This document shows, in pieces, positions 18,962 through 26,127 of a stretch of 31,424 nt of DNA (positions within the stretch are counted from its first letter, which is position 1; each line of letters opens with the position of its first letter). The translations under genes were made by a program, and so were the position numbers. The notes under the pieces were generated by a model. It was not told the origin of the DNA, did not search any database, and saw only the letters and a program-made list of their open reading frames with translations. Location of the stretch: the NCBI GenBank assembly GCA_027593235.1, contig JAQCIU010000036.1:1-31424 (forward strand). The letters are read 5' to 3'. The DNA comes from Chloroflexota bacterium. Lineage in GTDB: Bacteria; Chloroflexota; Dehalococcoidia; UBA2979.

Positions 18962-20509
18962 ATGTTCAAACGGGTACTGATCGCCAACCGCGGCGAGATC
19001 GCGCTGCGCGTGCAGCGCACCTCCCGCGAACTGGGCATCGAGACCGTCGCCGTCTACTCGGAGGCGGATCGCAACGCGCGGCACGTCCGCGAGGCGGATC
19101 TGGCGGTGTGCATCGGCCCCGGACCGGCGCTGGAGTCGTACCTGATGATCGACAAGATCATCGCCGCGGCGAAGCAGACCGGCGCCGAGGCGATCCACCC
19201 GGGCTACGGATTCCTGTCGGAGAACGCTCGCTTCGTCGATGCCTGCGATGCCGCGGGGATCACCTTCATCGGACCACCCGGCGCCGCGATGCAGGCGATG
19301 GGTGACAAGGTCTCCGCCCGCAAGCTGATGGAAGCGGCGGGCGTCCCGGTGGTTCCTGGCGCCAACGACATCGATATCAACGACCTGGAGACGGCGCGCC
19401 GCGAGGGCGATCGCATCGGCTACCCGCTGATGGTGAAGGCGGCCGCCGGTGGTGGTGGCCGCGGCATCCGCCTCGTCCAACGTGCCCAGGATCTGGCGGA
19501 CGCCATGCGCGCCGCGGGATCCGAGGCCGCCTCCTCCTTCGGCGACGCCTCGATCTTCCTCGAGAAGTACGTATCGCCCGCTCGCCACATCGAGGTGCAG
19601 TTGATGGCGGACGCACACGGAAACGTGCGCACCTTCGGCGAACGCGAGTGCTCGATCCAGCGCCGCAACCAGAAAGTGCTGGAGGAAGCGCCCTCGGTGG
19701 CAGTGACCCCGGAGATCCGGAAGCGGCTGTGCGACGCGGCTGCCGCCGCCGCCACGAGCTGCGGCTACCGCAACGCGGGCACCGTCGAGTTCCTCATGGA
19801 CGCGGACGGCAGCTTCTACTTCCTGGAGATGAACGCGCGGTTGCAGGTGGAGCACCCGGTGACCGAGCTGGTCTACGGCGTCGACCTGGTCGCGTTGCAG
19901 CTCTCCGTCGCCGCGGGCGAGGCGATCCCGGACGAGATCGGCCTCGCGGAGCCGCACGGCTGGGCGATCGAAGCCCGGATCAACGCCGAGGATGCCTACA
20001 ACAACTTCACGCCGGACCTCGGACTCGTCGAACACGTGGAACTGCCGACCGGACCGGGCGTGCGCTTCGACACGATGCTGTTCGACGGGCTCGACCTGCC
20101 GGTCTACTACGACTCGCTACTCGGGAAGCTGATCGTGTGGGCGGAAAACCGCGACCTGGCGGTGCGCCGGCTGCGCCGCGCGCTGAGCGACCTGATGGTG
20201 GTCGGCATCGAAACCAACGCGCCCTTCCACCGCGCGCTCCTCGATCACCCGGACTTCCAGTCCGGCGCCTTCCACACCGGATGGCTGGAGTCCTCGTTCA
20301 AGATGCCCGCGCCACCGGAGGAAGACCCACGCGAACGGACGGCGCTGCTGGCAGCCGCGATCGCGGCCAGCGTGGCTGGCGCGGAATCGTCCGCCGGCGG
20401 ATCCGCTGGCGGACGCACGAAGTGGCAACAGGCCACCCGCGAGCACGCAATCGGGCTCCGTGTTCAATCAGGGGGTGGCGGATGGCGCCGCGGCATCGTT
20501 TCGAAGTAA
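18962..20509 (+). CDS. accC: Biotin carboxylase subunit of an acyl-CoA carboxylase
   Basis: LIANRGEIA, IHPGYGFLSEN, GGGGRG, RECSIQRRNQK, EMNARLQVEHPVTE and YYDSLLGKL motifs. Confidence 0.93.
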   Translation: MFKRVLIANRGEIALRVQRTSRELGIETVAVYSEADRNARHVREADLAVCIGPGPALESYLMIDKIIAAAKQTGAEAIHPGYGFLSENARFVDACDAAGITFIGPPGAAMQAMGDKVSARKLMEAAGVPVVPGANDIDINDLETARREGDRIGYPLMVKAAAGGGGRGIRLVQRAQDLADAMRAAGSEAASSFGDASIFLEKYVSPARHIEVQLMADAHGNVRTFGERECSIQRRNQKVLEEAPSVAVTPEIRKRLCDAAAAAATSCGYRNAGTVEFLMDADGSFYFLEMNARLQVEHPVTELVYGVDLVALQLSVAAGEAIPDEIGLAEPHGWAIEARINAEDAYNNFTPDLGLVEHVELPTGPGVRFDTMLFDGLDLPVYYDSLLGKLIVWAENRDLAVRRLRRALSDLMVVGIETNAPFHRALLDHPDFQSGAFHTGWLESSFKMPAPPEEDPRERTALLAAAIAASVAGAESSAGGSAGGRTKWQQATREHAIGLRVQSGGGGWRRGIVSK

Positions 20510-21000
20510 ACGGCGAGATTCGCACGGTGGTCGTGGACGACCTCGACGGGTTGACGCGGATCACTGTCGACACTGACGCACCGGTGATCACGGATGCGAC
20601 GCTCTCAGGTGTCCCCGGGCTGGTGTCGATGATGATCGACGGTCGCCCCACGCGCGCCTACGTGGCGCGCAGCGGACGCGATTTCCGCGTGACCGTCGAC
20701 GGTCGGACCTTCCTGATCGCGGCCGCGGGCGGCGGTAAGCGCGCCCGCAGCAGCGTCGGCGGTGGCACGGACCTCCCCGGCAAGCTCTCGGCCCCCCTCG
20801 CGGGTGTCTTCGTCGAGGCGCGGGTCGCCGTCGGCGACACGATCGAGGCCGACCAGACCGTGGTGGTGGTCGAGGCGATGAAGATGCAGAACGAGATCCG
20901 GTCCCCGCTGGCCGGGACCGTCACCGCAATTCGCTTCTCGGCAGGTGACCGCGTCGAAAAAGGCGATATCGTCCTGGAATACGACGTCGCGGAGGAATAG
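20482..21000 (+). CDS. Biotin carboxyl carrier protein (with N-terminal BT-like extension)
   Basis: EAMKMQNE biotinylation motif. ATG 20482 overlaps the 3' end of the carboxylase. Confidence 0.9.
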   Translation: MAPRHRFEVNGEIRTVVVDDLDGLTRITVDTDAPVITDATLSGVPGLVSMMIDGRPTRAYVARSGRDFRVTVDGRTFLIAAAGGGKRARSSVGGGTDLPGKLSAPLAGVFVEARVAVGDTIEADQTVVVVEAMKMQNEIRSPLAGTVTAIRFSAGDRVEKGDIVLEYDVAEE

Positions 21001-21045
21001 CAGGGCGATGCGCGGAACGCCTGATTGTGGGCGTCCTTTCGCCGA

Positions 21046-21054
21046 TGCTAGAAT
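21046..21054 (+). promoter_or_regulatory. Extended -10 (TGCTAGAAT) for the infC operon
   Basis: TGnTAnnnT about 65 nt upstream of infC. Confidence 0.6.
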
Positions 21055-21118
21055 CGCGATCGAATAGTAGTGCGACGCTGCGGCGCCGCCGGATGCTCAG
21101 TCATCGAAAGGGTGAATC

Positions 21119-21724
21119 ATCGCCAAAGAATTGCGCCTGAACGAGCAAATCCGGGTTCCACGGGTACGGCTCGTTCGTGACGGCGAACAGGTTGGCGTCG
21201 TAACCATCGACGAGGCGATGAAGATCGCCGAAGAAGCCAGCCTCGACCTGGTTGAAATCGCTCCGAACGCTGATCCGCCCGTCGTCCGCGTAATGGACTA
21301 CGGAAAGTTCAAGTACGAACAGTCGAAGCGCGACCGGGAAGCTCGGCGCGGTTCGAAGCAGGTCGAGTTGCGCGAAGTCCGTATGCGCGTGAAGATCGGC
21401 AAGCACGACCGCGACTTCAAGATTCGCACGGCTCGTAAGCTCCTGCTTGGCGGGGACAAGGTAAAAGTCTCCGTCATGTTCCGAGCGCGCGAGATCACCC
21501 ACCCTGAGGTGGCACGCGAATTGTTGGACGGCTTCGCGGTCGAACTTGAAGACGTATCCGATCTCGAGCGGCGTCCAGCCCTCGAAGGCCGGTTTATGTC
21601 GATGACGCTGGATCCTTCGAAGAAGGCCAAGCCAGCAGAGAGCAAAAAAGACGCGCCGCCGGCAGCAGCCGCTGCGGTAGCTGAACCGACCGAAGCGGCC
21701 GAAGCGGCCGCTGGAAGCAGGTGA
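21119..21724 (+). CDS. infC: Translation initiation factor IF-3 (ATC start)
   Basis: LRLNEQIR..VRLV, DLVEIAPNADPPV, MDYGKFKYE and KVKVSVMFRAREI motifs. SD AAAGGGTG, then in-frame TGA ATC ATC GCC AAA GAA. Confidence 0.95.
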   Translation: MAKELRLNEQIRVPRVRLVRDGEQVGVVTIDEAMKIAEEASLDLVEIAPNADPPVVRVMDYGKFKYEQSKRDREARRGSKQVELREVRMRVKIGKHDRDFKIRTARKLLLGGDKVKVSVMFRAREITHPEVARELLDGFAVELEDVSDLERRPALEGRFMSMTLDPSKKAKPAESKKDAPPAAAAAVAEPTEAAEAAAGSR

Positions 21725-21728
21725 CCAC

Positions 21729-21920
21729 GTGCCAAAGATGAAGACGCACAAGGGCACCGCCAAGCGGATCAAGATCACCGGCTCCGGTAAGTTGATGTAC
21801 CGCAAGCCCGTCCCGAAGCGGATGCGCCGCAACAAGCGGTCGCTGTACGAGATGCGCGGCATGATGACCGCCCACTCCACCGTGGCGAAGTCGATCCGCG
21901 CGAACCTGCCGACCGGCTAG
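21729..21920 (+). CDS. rpmI: 50S ribosomal protein L35
   Basis: MPKMKTHKGTAKRIKITGSGK; lies between infC and rplT. Confidence 0.93.
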   Translation: MPKMKTHKGTAKRIKITGSGKLMYRKPVPKRMRRNKRSLYEMRGMMTAHSTVAKSIRANLPTG

Positions 21921-21989
21921 CCGAAACGAACAGCACGCGGTCCAGATCCGCGTTCAGACAGCCAAGACCCGAATCCCAGGAACGAACTG

Positions 21990-22349
21990 ATGCCCCGAAC
22001 TCGTAACCGCGTCCAGACCCGAGCGCGCCACAAGAAGATCTTCGCGCTCACCAAGGGTCACCGAGGTAAGCGCCGGACCAACATCAAGGTCGCGCACGAG
22101 TCGATGATCCACGCGCTGCGATACGCCAGCGATCACCGTCGGGATCGCAAGGGTGACTTCCGCCGCCTCTGGATCGTCCGCATCAACGCCGGTGCCCGCC
22201 TCAACGGCTTGAAGTACGGCGAGCTGATCGACGGCATGAACAAGGCCGGCATCGAGGTCAACCGCAAGATGCTGGCGGACCTCGCCGTGCGCAGCCCCGA
22301 GGCCTTCACCCAGATCGCCGAACAGGCGAAACTCGCTCGAACCGCCTAG
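21990..22349 (+). CDS. rplT: 50S ribosomal protein L20
   Basis: RARHKKI, KGDFRRLWIVRINA and NRKMLADLAV motifs. Confidence 0.97.
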   Translation: MPRTRNRVQTRARHKKIFALTKGHRGKRRTNIKVAHESMIHALRYASDHRRDRKGDFRRLWIVRINAGARLNGLKYGELIDGMNKAGIEVNRKMLADLAVRSPEAFTQIAEQAKLARTA

Positions 22350-22406
22350 CGGCCTCGGGCTCAGTCCGACGCCGCGGCGTCGGACAACCCTCGCAGACTG
22401 CATTGC

Positions 22407-22441
22407 CGAAACGGCCGCGCTGAGCGCGGCCGTTTCGCTTG
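22407..22441. terminator. Hairpin terminator between convergent rplT and DUF4153 genes
   Basis: 14-bp stem CGAAACGGCCGCGC-TGA-GCGCGGCCGTTTCG. Confidence 0.65.
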
Positions 22442-22470
22442 TCCCGAGAGTTAGCCGGCTCGAGTTCGCC

Positions 22471-23976
22471 TCAACGACATGCAACGGCCAATCGATCGCG
22501 ATTCGCCTCGATTGCTCGCTCGGCTTCGACGCGGCCCCAGTTCCAGGACCGCAGATCCTCGTCCGTGCTATCGCTGCCCTCGAGGAGTGCCGTCGCCAGC
22601 TCGCATGCGTCTTGCTGCGGCAGGACGTCGATGCCATCGATCAGCGTCGGTGTCGCGTCCGGACTCAGTCCGACCGCGTGCGGCACATCGAAGTCACGGC
22701 CCTGCTCCGCGCGAGCCAGATTGGTCGAGGCGATCGTGCCGTGGGGATTGGCGGCGGCGACGACGACCAGCGCCAGCAGCGCGGTGAGAACCGCTCCGGC
22801 GATGAACTCGTCGCGACGATCCCGGAGCAGCGACCAGAGCAGCCAGCCGAAGACAGCCCCCAACCACGCGAGGAAGGAGGCCGCGTAGAACCTCGTCACC
22901 GTGAGCCCAAAGGCGTCCACATAGATGCGAAGCCGCTGGAACGCCGAGGTCATCACCGCCAACAGCAGCAGCACCAGCAGTGTCGCCAGCACTCGGAAGG
23001 TGGCGCGGCTCCGCCAGTCCCGCGTCCGCGCCCAGTCGGCAAGCAGGAGCACCGGGAGCAGCAGCGCAGCAACGGCGACGAGCTCGAAGAAGCCACGCCG
23101 CGCGTACTGCGCGTAGGTCAGCCCTGTCGAGGACTGCACGTGCGCCTCGCCACCGAAGAGGTACTGCACCTGGATCGCGACGAAGACCGCGAACAACGCC
23201 GCGAGCGAGCCGAGCACGACGCCCATTTCGAGGGCGCGCAGCCGCCGTTCGTCAGCCAGCCGCGGCCCCGCAGGCGTGGACTCCTCGGGCGCCATGCCAC
23301 ACCAGATCACCCCGGCAGCCACCGCCGCCCCTCCGAGGAGCCACGCCACGTGGCGTTGCACCGCCGCGAGGTTGAAGGTGAGTGAATCTCTGATCCAGGC
23401 CTCGAGGACGGCGTCCGCCGCGACGAACAGCGCGCCGAAGATCAGGAACAGCGGCGCAGCGATCAGCAGCGCGCGCCCGATGCCCCGGAACTCCCGGCGC
23501 TTCGCATCGCCGAGGAGTGCATGCCACGGCATCGCCCCCGGCAGCAGGACCGCGCCCTGGGCGGTGACGAGGACGCCTCGGAGGAACGCGCGGAACAGGC
23601 CGCTGATACTGACACGGCGGGCCCGCGTGTCGCGCTCCGCGACCAGCGCGAGGAGCAGCAGCGAGAGGGAGGTAACGAGCGCCAGCGCCTGAAGCGCCCA
23701 GGCCGCTCGCCAGGCAACCATCATCGAGAGGCCGAACGACGCGACCAGCATGCCGGCCGAGAGCCGGCCAATCACTCGCCCGTTGCGGCGCGCTGTGACG
23801 ACGTACACGCCAATCAGGGCACCGACCCACACCGACGCGTTGACGCCGAGCGCGGCGCCGTTGAAGAGCACGTCCGCCAGCAATCCGAGGAGGGCGATGG
23901 AGCCGGCGACCAACGGGCAGCTTGCTTCGAGGAACTTCGGACGTGACGGGGAACTCCCCGCAGCGATAAACGTCAC
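22471..23976 (-). CDS. DUF4153 (DUF4173) family polytopic membrane protein
   Basis: FGALFVAADAV, YAQYARRGFFEL and RLRIYVDAFGLT..R motifs; many TM segments. GTG 23976 chosen as start (uncertain). Confidence 0.82.
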   Translation of the reverse strand: MTFIAAGSSPSRPKFLEASCPLVAGSIALLGLLADVLFNGAALGVNASVWVGALIGVYVVTARRNGRVIGRLSAGMLVASFGLSMMVAWRAAWALQALALVTSLSLLLLALVAERDTRARRVSISGLFRAFLRGVLVTAQGAVLLPGAMPWHALLGDAKRREFRGIGRALLIAAPLFLIFGALFVAADAVLEAWIRDSLTFNLAAVQRHVAWLLGGAAVAAGVIWCGMAPEESTPAGPRLADERRLRALEMGVVLGSLAALFAVFVAIQVQYLFGGEAHVQSSTGLTYAQYARRGFFELVAVAALLLPVLLLADWARTRDWRSRATFRVLATLLVLLLLAVMTSAFQRLRIYVDAFGLTVTRFYAASFLAWLGAVFGWLLWSLLRDRRDEFIAGAVLTALLALVVVAAANPHGTIASTNLARAEQGRDFDVPHAVGLSPDATPTLIDGIDVLPQQDACELATALLEGSDSTDEDLRSWNWGRVEAERAIEANRDRLAVACR

Positions 23977-24177
23977 GTGGGTGCCTGCTTTCGTTACCCG
24001 CCCATGCGTGATCGCCTCGGACGCGCGGGTGATCACACCCGCCACCCTCAACGCTGGCTTAGACGCTCCCGAGCCCCGATCCGTTCCCGAGGCGGTCACC
24101 GCCGCCCGCGATCCTCGGTGGCGGCGCCCGCTTCGAGGTACGATTCCGCGCGTACACCCGCAGCGAGGAGCCGCCCC

Positions 24178-24975
24178 ATGACCCACGCCTACACCGAACT
24201 GCTGATCGAACAGCGCGGCCCCGTTGCGCTGGTGAAGCTCAACCGGCCGGACAAGCTCAACTCGTGGGGCGGGGTGATGCGCGAGGAGCTGACGCACTAC
24301 CTCGAGTCCCTCAACAACGGCGACTACGAGACGCGTGCGATCGTGCTCACCGGTGAGGGCCGAGCCTTCTCGGCAGGTGGTGACGTCCGCAGCTTCCCGG
24401 CGGCGAACCCCGACCGACTGAAAGAGCCGTGGCACGCACCGCACCCGCACCTCTCGGTCGTAAACGCGATGCGCCATTGCGACGTGCCGATCATCGGCGC
24501 GATCAACGGCTACGCCGTCGGGATGGGCTGGTCGGTCGCGCTCGCGTGCGACATTCGCATCGCCGCTGACGACGCGGTCTTCCAGGTCGCCCAGACCAAG
24601 CGCGGAATCGTCGCCGACTCCGGCCTCAGCTACTTCCTCCCGCGGACGGTCGGCACCCAGCGCGCGCTGGAGCTGATGTTTACCGGCCGCCGTGTCACGC
24701 CACAGGAAGCGCTGGAGATGGGCGCGGTCCTCGAGGTGGTCCCGGCCGACGAGCTGATCGACCGGGCACTCGCGCTCGCGACGACGATCGCGGCGGGGGC
24801 GCCACAGAGCGCGGCGGGACACAAGCGCCTCGTCTACATGATCGAAGACGACGATCTGTCTCGCGTCGAGGACATGACCAAGCTGACGGTGGCCGCGCTG
24901 TTCGCGACCGCGGACGGCACCGAGGGAGTGCGGTCGTTCGTCGAGCGGCGTGAACCCGAGTTCGTCGGGCGCTAA
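24178..24975 (+). CDS. Crotonase (enoyl-CoA hydratase/isomerase) family protein, PaaG-like
   Basis: LNRPDKLN, GRAFSAGGDV, AINGYAVGMG, LACDIRIA and EGVRSFVERREP motifs. GAGGAG SD and a TACGAT -10 at 24139-24144. Confidence 0.92.
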   Translation: MTHAYTELLIEQRGPVALVKLNRPDKLNSWGGVMREELTHYLESLNNGDYETRAIVLTGEGRAFSAGGDVRSFPAANPDRLKEPWHAPHPHLSVVNAMRHCDVPIIGAINGYAVGMGWSVALACDIRIAADDAVFQVAQTKRGIVADSGLSYFLPRTVGTQRALELMFTGRRVTPQEALEMGAVLEVVPADELIDRALALATTIAAGAPQSAAGHKRLVYMIEDDDLSRVEDMTKLTVAALFATADGTEGVRSFVERREPEFVGR

Positions 24976-24993
24976 CCCCTCCGGGGTCCGCCG

Positions 24994-25169
24994 ATGCCCC
25001 TCGCCGTGCACCCGTCACCGCCAACCGCTGGCTCGACCTCGAACAACTCTTCGGCCCCAGCGGCATCTACAGCGGTTGCTGGTCCAGGTACCTCCGCATC
25101 ACCAACCGCGCCGCCATGACGTCCACCGTGGAGGCCGATCGCATCTTTATAGCGGGGCGTAACGAATAG
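24994..25169 (+). pseudogene. Frameshifted, truncated GNAT acetyltransferase remnant
   Basis: ATG CCC CTC GCC GTG CAC, then a frameshift at the CCC run (25011-25013) into PVTANRWLDLEQLFGPSGIYSGCWSRYLR. This resembles the 'RWxDLExLFGxxGxxxGCWCxxWR' N-terminus of a GNAT family. TAG at 25167-25169. Confidence 0.6.
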
Positions 25170-25183
25170 GACCGGATCGCACC

Positions 25184-25792
25184 ATGGGTAAGCTGATCGT
25201 GACCGAGTTCATAACGCTGGACGGGGTCGCACAGGGGCCTGGCAGGCCCGACGAGGATCGGGACGGCGGTTTCGTTCACGGAGGGTGGCAGGCGCCACTG
25301 GCGGACGACGGCTCGGACGGGGTGGTGTTCGAGCAGGCGAGGAGCATGGACGCTCTGCTCCTGGGGCGAAAAACCTATGAGATCTTCGCCGATTGCTGGC
25401 CGAAAGCCGCGGAGGAGACCCCGTTCACCGGCCTGCTCAATGGCGTCCCCAAGTACGTCCGCAGCCGTACGCTCGCTGGCCCACTCGCTTGGCAAGGGGC
25501 CACGCTCGTCACCGGCGATCTACCGGAGAGCATCAACGCCCTCAAGGACCGACACGACGAAGTCCACGTGATCGGCAGCCTCGACCTCGTGCAATCGCTG
25601 CTGCACTTCGGTCTTGTCGACCAGCTGAACCTGTGGCTGTATCCGCTGTTGCTCGGCAGTGGCAAGCGGTTGTTCGCCGACGGGACCGTGCCCAGCGCGT
25701 TGCATCTGACCGACTCGGTCACCTACCCCAGCGGGGCGCTCCACCTCACCTACGACACCGCGGGGACACCCACGTACGGCGCCGCCGGCTAA
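25184..25792 (+). CDS. Dihydrofolate reductase / RibD C-terminal domain family protein
   Basis: FITLDGVAQGPG..EDRDGGF.HGGW, LLLGRKTYEIF, PKYV.S, GSLDLVQSLL and PLLLGSGKRLF motifs. Confidence 0.9.
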   Translation: MGKLIVTEFITLDGVAQGPGRPDEDRDGGFVHGGWQAPLADDGSDGVVFEQARSMDALLLGRKTYEIFADCWPKAAEETPFTGLLNGVPKYVRSRTLAGPLAWQGATLVTGDLPESINALKDRHDEVHVIGSLDLVQSLLHFGLVDQLNLWLYPLLLGSGKRLFADGTVPSALHLTDSVTYPSGALHLTYDTAGTPTYGAAG

Positions 25793-25885
25793 CGAGCGCG
25801 GCTGACACGGCGGCATTGCCCTGGGAGGCACAACGGGGCCCCGCGAACACTGCCTCACGACCGCCGATCGCAGGTTCGGTTAAGC
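25787..25885 (+). other. attC-like imperfect inverted repeat
   Basis: GGCTAAC overlapping the stop codon and GTTAAGC (GTTRRRY) 99 bp later, with internal pairings CGGCGG/CCGCCG and GAGGCA/TGCCTC. Confidence 0.3.
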
Positions 25886-25948
25886 ATCCTTCCCGGAGGA
25901 TTGACGACCTGCTGACGGCAAGACCACCTCGAGGACGTGCGATCCGCC

Positions 25949-26107
25949 CCCGTCCCCGCCTCCGTACCTCGACCGCGAAGCATCCGGAGCTAGGACCCGG
26001 CCTCGCCACTCCCTAACCGCGGCGGAACTCCGAGGTCCTTACCCGCCACGACAGGGAGCCGACGTCCACCGACCCAGTTCAGGGAGGCGCGAAGCGTCAT
26101 TGACGGG
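25949..26107 (-). ncRNA. Candidate structured RNA (long rod hairpin) downstream of pheT
   Basis: Nested imperfect inverted repeats; about eight of the mismatches become G-U pairs only on the minus strand. Confidence 0.4.
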
Positions 26108-26127
26108 TCGAAAGCCGCTCGAAGTGT

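Noticed and set aside
17135-20035. 966-aa minus-strand ORF
   Set aside because: Antisense shadow of thrS and accC caused by high-GC codon bias; no recognisable motifs.
19648-20481. Extension making the biotin carrier ORF 450 aa
   Set aside because: Off-frame overlap with accC with Arg/Gly-rich composition; ATG 20482 is the sensible start.
23977-25011. Extension making the DUF4153 ORF 846 aa
   Set aside because: It is the antisense of the crotonase gene, not a real fusion.
25812-25883. Short frame containing GPREH as the missing C-terminal part of the GNAT pseudogene
   Set aside because: Similarity is limited to a few residues and cannot be told from chance by eye.
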